Below, piece after piece: positions 61,334-64,000 of a stretch of 64,000 nt of DNA (positions are counted from its first letter, which is position 1; each line of letters starts with the position of its first letter). The DNA lies in the NCBI GenBank assembly GCA_041389005.1, contig JAWKSR010000002.1:1482-65481 (forward strand). Direction: 5' to 3'. The notes under the pieces are model-generated. The model did not search any database. It saw only the letters and a list, made by a program, of their open reading frames with translations, and was not told the DNA's origin. The DNA is from Minisyncoccota bacterium (GTDB lineage: Bacteria; Patescibacteriota; Minisyncoccia; Phycocordibacterales; UBA918). The translations under genes were made by a program, and so were the position numbers.

Positions 61334-62024
61334 TTATACGATGATTGAGAAAACTGCTGTTCTGACAAAGCAGATTAGGTACATTCGAGGTTTTAGTATT
61401 GGTTTTGTAGGAGTAGCCAAGGGAACTGACTCACGAACTTGTTCCCAGCCATCAGTCTGCAGCCACTTACGATAGTGGTCAAAGACCGTGAGCGCCACTG
61501 TTTGGGGACTGTGTCGCGAGGTGTCGATGACGAGGTCAAAGTGTTCAAGGTCATATGGATCAACACCATAGGCTTTCTGGTAGCGTTTACGCTCATTGGC
61601 AACGCGCTCACGTACATCTTTTTGCACCGATGCAATGGTGCTATCTCCATCTTCTTCGACTGAGCGAGAGGCGTTACTAATCCGGTCTTTGAAGATGCGA
61701 GCGGCTGAGACTTCCAGATCAAGCTCCAAGTACACTTTAAATGACTCTGGAATCCAGTAGAAGCCGAGTCGTGAGTCGATGACAATCTCACGCTCATCAC
61801 GCAGTTTACGTAATTCTTCATCTATCTCATCATCAAAAAGAGTGGTCCATCGCGGCTTTTTTATTGAATTCTGCTAGGGATAGACCGTGTTTTTTCGCGA
61901 CTTTCCGCACTAAATTACCGGAAGAATAGCGAGTGTAGCCCAAAAGCTCTGCTACTTTATCAGCAGTTGAAGATTTGCCGCTGCCTGGCTTGCCAGAGAG
62001 GGTAATGATGGTTGGTCGCGCCAT
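61334..62024 (-). CDS. cytidylate-kinase-family / AAA NMP kinase (about 2 frame breaks near 61735-61835)
   Basis: MARPTIITLSGKPGSGKSSTADKVAELLGY.RYSSG (P-loop), then ...REIVIDSRLGFYWIPESFKVYLELDLEVSAARI... in another frame. Confidence 0.65.
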
Positions 62025-62089
62025 GCTAGTAGCATAGCACAACACATTTTAGTTGCGTATCTTACACAAATTGTTACCCTATAATCCTC

Positions 62090-62688
62090 ATGGAAACTGA
62101 CTCCATTTCTGGCCATCTCATACTCTTTATGGCACCAAGTGGGAGTGGCAAGGGTAGCCTCGAGCGTGAGCTGTTTAAGGTGTACCCAGAAATTGTCTTT
62201 CCCGTCTCCTGTACCACCCGACCGCCACGACCAGGTGAGATAGAAGGCAAAGATTATTATTTTGTTAGCCGAGAGGACTTCGAGACTCGAGTGGCTCGAG
62301 AGGAATTTGTCGAGTGGGCAGAATTTGGCGGTCATCTTTACGGCACGCTTAAGAGCGAGATTGAGACACCGCTGCAAGAAGGAAAAATTGTACTCAATGA
62401 AATCGAGCGCCAAGGTGTTGAGCAATTTATAAAAATCATCCCCGCACAACATCGGACTATCATTTATATCGAGGCAGGGGAATGGGAGGAATTAAAAAGC
62501 GGGTACTCAGTCGAGCTCCAATGACTGATGAGGAGTTGTCGCTACGTCATGCCCGTTATAAGGAAGAGATTACTATGAAACCGTATGCAGACATTGTGAT
62601 AGAAAACCACCAAGGTGAATTTGATAACGCGGCACAAGAACTCATTGCTACCGTTGGTAAGATTATTAATAACCTACACAACAGATAA
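62090..62688 (+). CDS. gmk: guanylate kinase (frame break in A5 run 62494-62498)
   Basis: LILFMAPSGSGKGSL; VSCTTRPPRPGE.EGKDYYFVSREDFE; EWAEF.G.LYGT. The C-terminal part (62482..62688) joins if one A is added. Confidence 0.88.
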
Positions 62689-62690
62689 AC

Positions 62691-63284
62691 ATGCAACCAC
62701 ACACTATCGTCTTTATTGGTCCACAAGGGAGTGGCAAAAGGAACGCAAGTACGCAATATCACGGGTTATTTAGAGTCTTTGGGTACTGGTCCTGTAGTCA
62801 ACATTGAAACAGGGAAAGCCTTTCAGAGCCTGGCTGGAAACGGGTAGCTACACCGCGCTCGCGTCAAAGAACTTTTGGCGGATGGGCAGATGATACCGAA
62901 TTTCATCGCCAAAGCTTTTATTGTTAAGTTTCTGATTAAAAACCTCACTCCAGAAACACATCTCACCATGGATGGCTTCCACAATGTGACCCAGGTACAG
63001 TTTCTTGATGATTTGATGGCATTCTACAAACGAGGCACACTCTCAGTCGTATATCTGGACGCTCCAATTGAGTTGGTCAAAGAGCGTCTTTTGTACGGGG
63101 TAGAAATGACGATGTGCCTGAGCTCATTGATGAGCGTCTGCGACTTTACCAAAAGGACACCGCGCCTGTAGTCGAAGTGTACAAAGCCCGCGATGACGTA
63201 AACTTCATACATATTGATGCCATCAAGTCCATTGAGGCGATTCAGCAGGATATTACAGCTGGACTTGAACGTATTGCCGGGTAG
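62691..63284 (+). CDS. adk: adenylate kinase (at least 4 frame breaks)
   Basis: MQPHTIVFIGPQGSGK(G)TQ; LLADGQMIPNFIAKAFI; MDGFPRNVTQVQFLD (after a shift); RLRLYQKDTAPVVEVY. Short-lid type. Confidence 0.8.
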
Positions 63285-63406
63285 CGTATGGTTACAGGAA
63301 CGTGTCCCGTTAGGAATTATTTACTGAGTCTGACAGACAGTGGTTTACTTTTATTCCAGGTAGCGTACTATGCGCGTTACAGGTTACACAATAATTCTCT
63401 AATGGG

Positions 63407-64000
63407 ATGGCAATTACCACAAAAACTCCTGAAGATATTAAACTACTCCGTAAAGGAGGGCAGCTTTTGGGTATGATTCTTGATGAGCTTGAGAAAGAGG
63501 TGGTACCCGGTAACACTACACTAGACGTAGACGATCGGGCGATGGAACTTCTTGAAGAACATGACCTTGAACCGATGACACTTGGTTACCATCCAAGCTT
63601 TGCTCCGCGTCCCTACCCAGCGGCTACCTGTGTTTCAATAAATGATGAAGTGGTACATGGAATCCCCAACGAAGACCCGCGCTCCTTTCAAGACGGCGAT
63701 GTAGTGAGTATTGACCTCGTGATTGGCTACCAAGGCATGGTGCTTGATTCAGCCCGCACAGTGGGTTGTGGCACGCTTGATCAAGAAGCCGTTGAACTCA
63801 TTGCTGTTACGCAGCAGGCACTTAAAGCCGCTATCAAGGCAGCACAGCCCGGCGCTCGTGTAAAAGCCATTGGCGCCGCAGTGGAAGCCACAGTGCCGGA
63901 TGGCTACGGGATTGTGGAGACACTCTGCGGTCATGGTGTTGGATACGAACTTCACGAGGAGCCGTATGTGCCGAATTTTGTTATGAAAGGAGAGAGTCCA
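63407..64000 (+). CDS. map: methionine aminopeptidase type I (N-terminal ~198 aa; runs off the window end)
   Basis: ATG at 63407, frame open to 64000 (no stop, so absent from the ORF track). CVSINDEVVHGIP; GDVVSIDL; DSARTV; HGVGYELHEEP. Confidence 0.9.
   Translation, partial: MAITTKTPEDIKLLRKGGQLLGMILDELEKEVVPGNTTLDVDDRAMELLEEHDLEPMTLGYHPSFAPRPYPAATCVSINDEVVHGIPNEDPRSFQDGDVVSIDLVIGYQGMVLDSARTVGCGTLDQEAVELIAVTQQALKAAIKAAQPGARVKAIGAAVEATVPDGYGIVETLCGHGVGYELHEEPYVPNFVMKGESP

Noticed and set aside
62080-62092. TATAAT box 5 nt upstream of the gmk ATG, considered as evidence for a leaderless mRNA
   Set aside because: No convincing -35 lies at the proper spacing. A single AT-rich hexamer is too weak to call.
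1-64000. An alternative genetic code (UGA or UAG reassignment) as the explanation for the split genes
   Set aside because: The breaks are frame changes, with conserved sequence continuing in a different frame, and not in-frame stops. tuf, secY and about 25 r-protein genes read cleanly with code 11, using all three stops.

Overview
The window looks like a small-genome, CPR/Patescibacteria-like bacterium: standard genetic code, rpsE abuts rplO with no rpmD (L30), and most genes lack a Shine-Dalgarno sequence. Core content is ppa, nusA, a type IV pilus-like cluster (pilB, pilC, prepilin-leader proteins), tpiA-pgk, Nudix, HIT, recJ, rnhA, a split ComEC, Fe/Mn SOD and rpmB. It also holds the str/S10/spc ribosomal supercluster (rpsL to secY), then gmk, adk and map. 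That supercluster is broken into at least six transcription units. The insertions are a ~9 kb island between rpsG and fusA, a ~12.4 kb island between fusA and tuf, non-coding or antisense inserts between rpsJ/rplC and rplB/rpsS, and a NADAR gene between rplE and rpsN. The best candidate for a new system is the fusA-tuf island. It encodes a LapG-family (BTLCP) secreted cysteine protease, a polytopic membrane protein, and a ~2,850-aa membrane-anchored protein carrying three envelope-hydrolase domains. That giant protein has N-proximal PAAG di-alanine motifs resembling LapG cleavage sites. Also notable are a ~76-nt structured element present twice with compensatory changes, and an orphan minus-strand transcription unit. 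Many conserved genes carry clustered single-base frame breaks, mostly in homopolymers, which are probably assembly errors. I recognised no rRNA, tRNA, CRISPR array or transposase.
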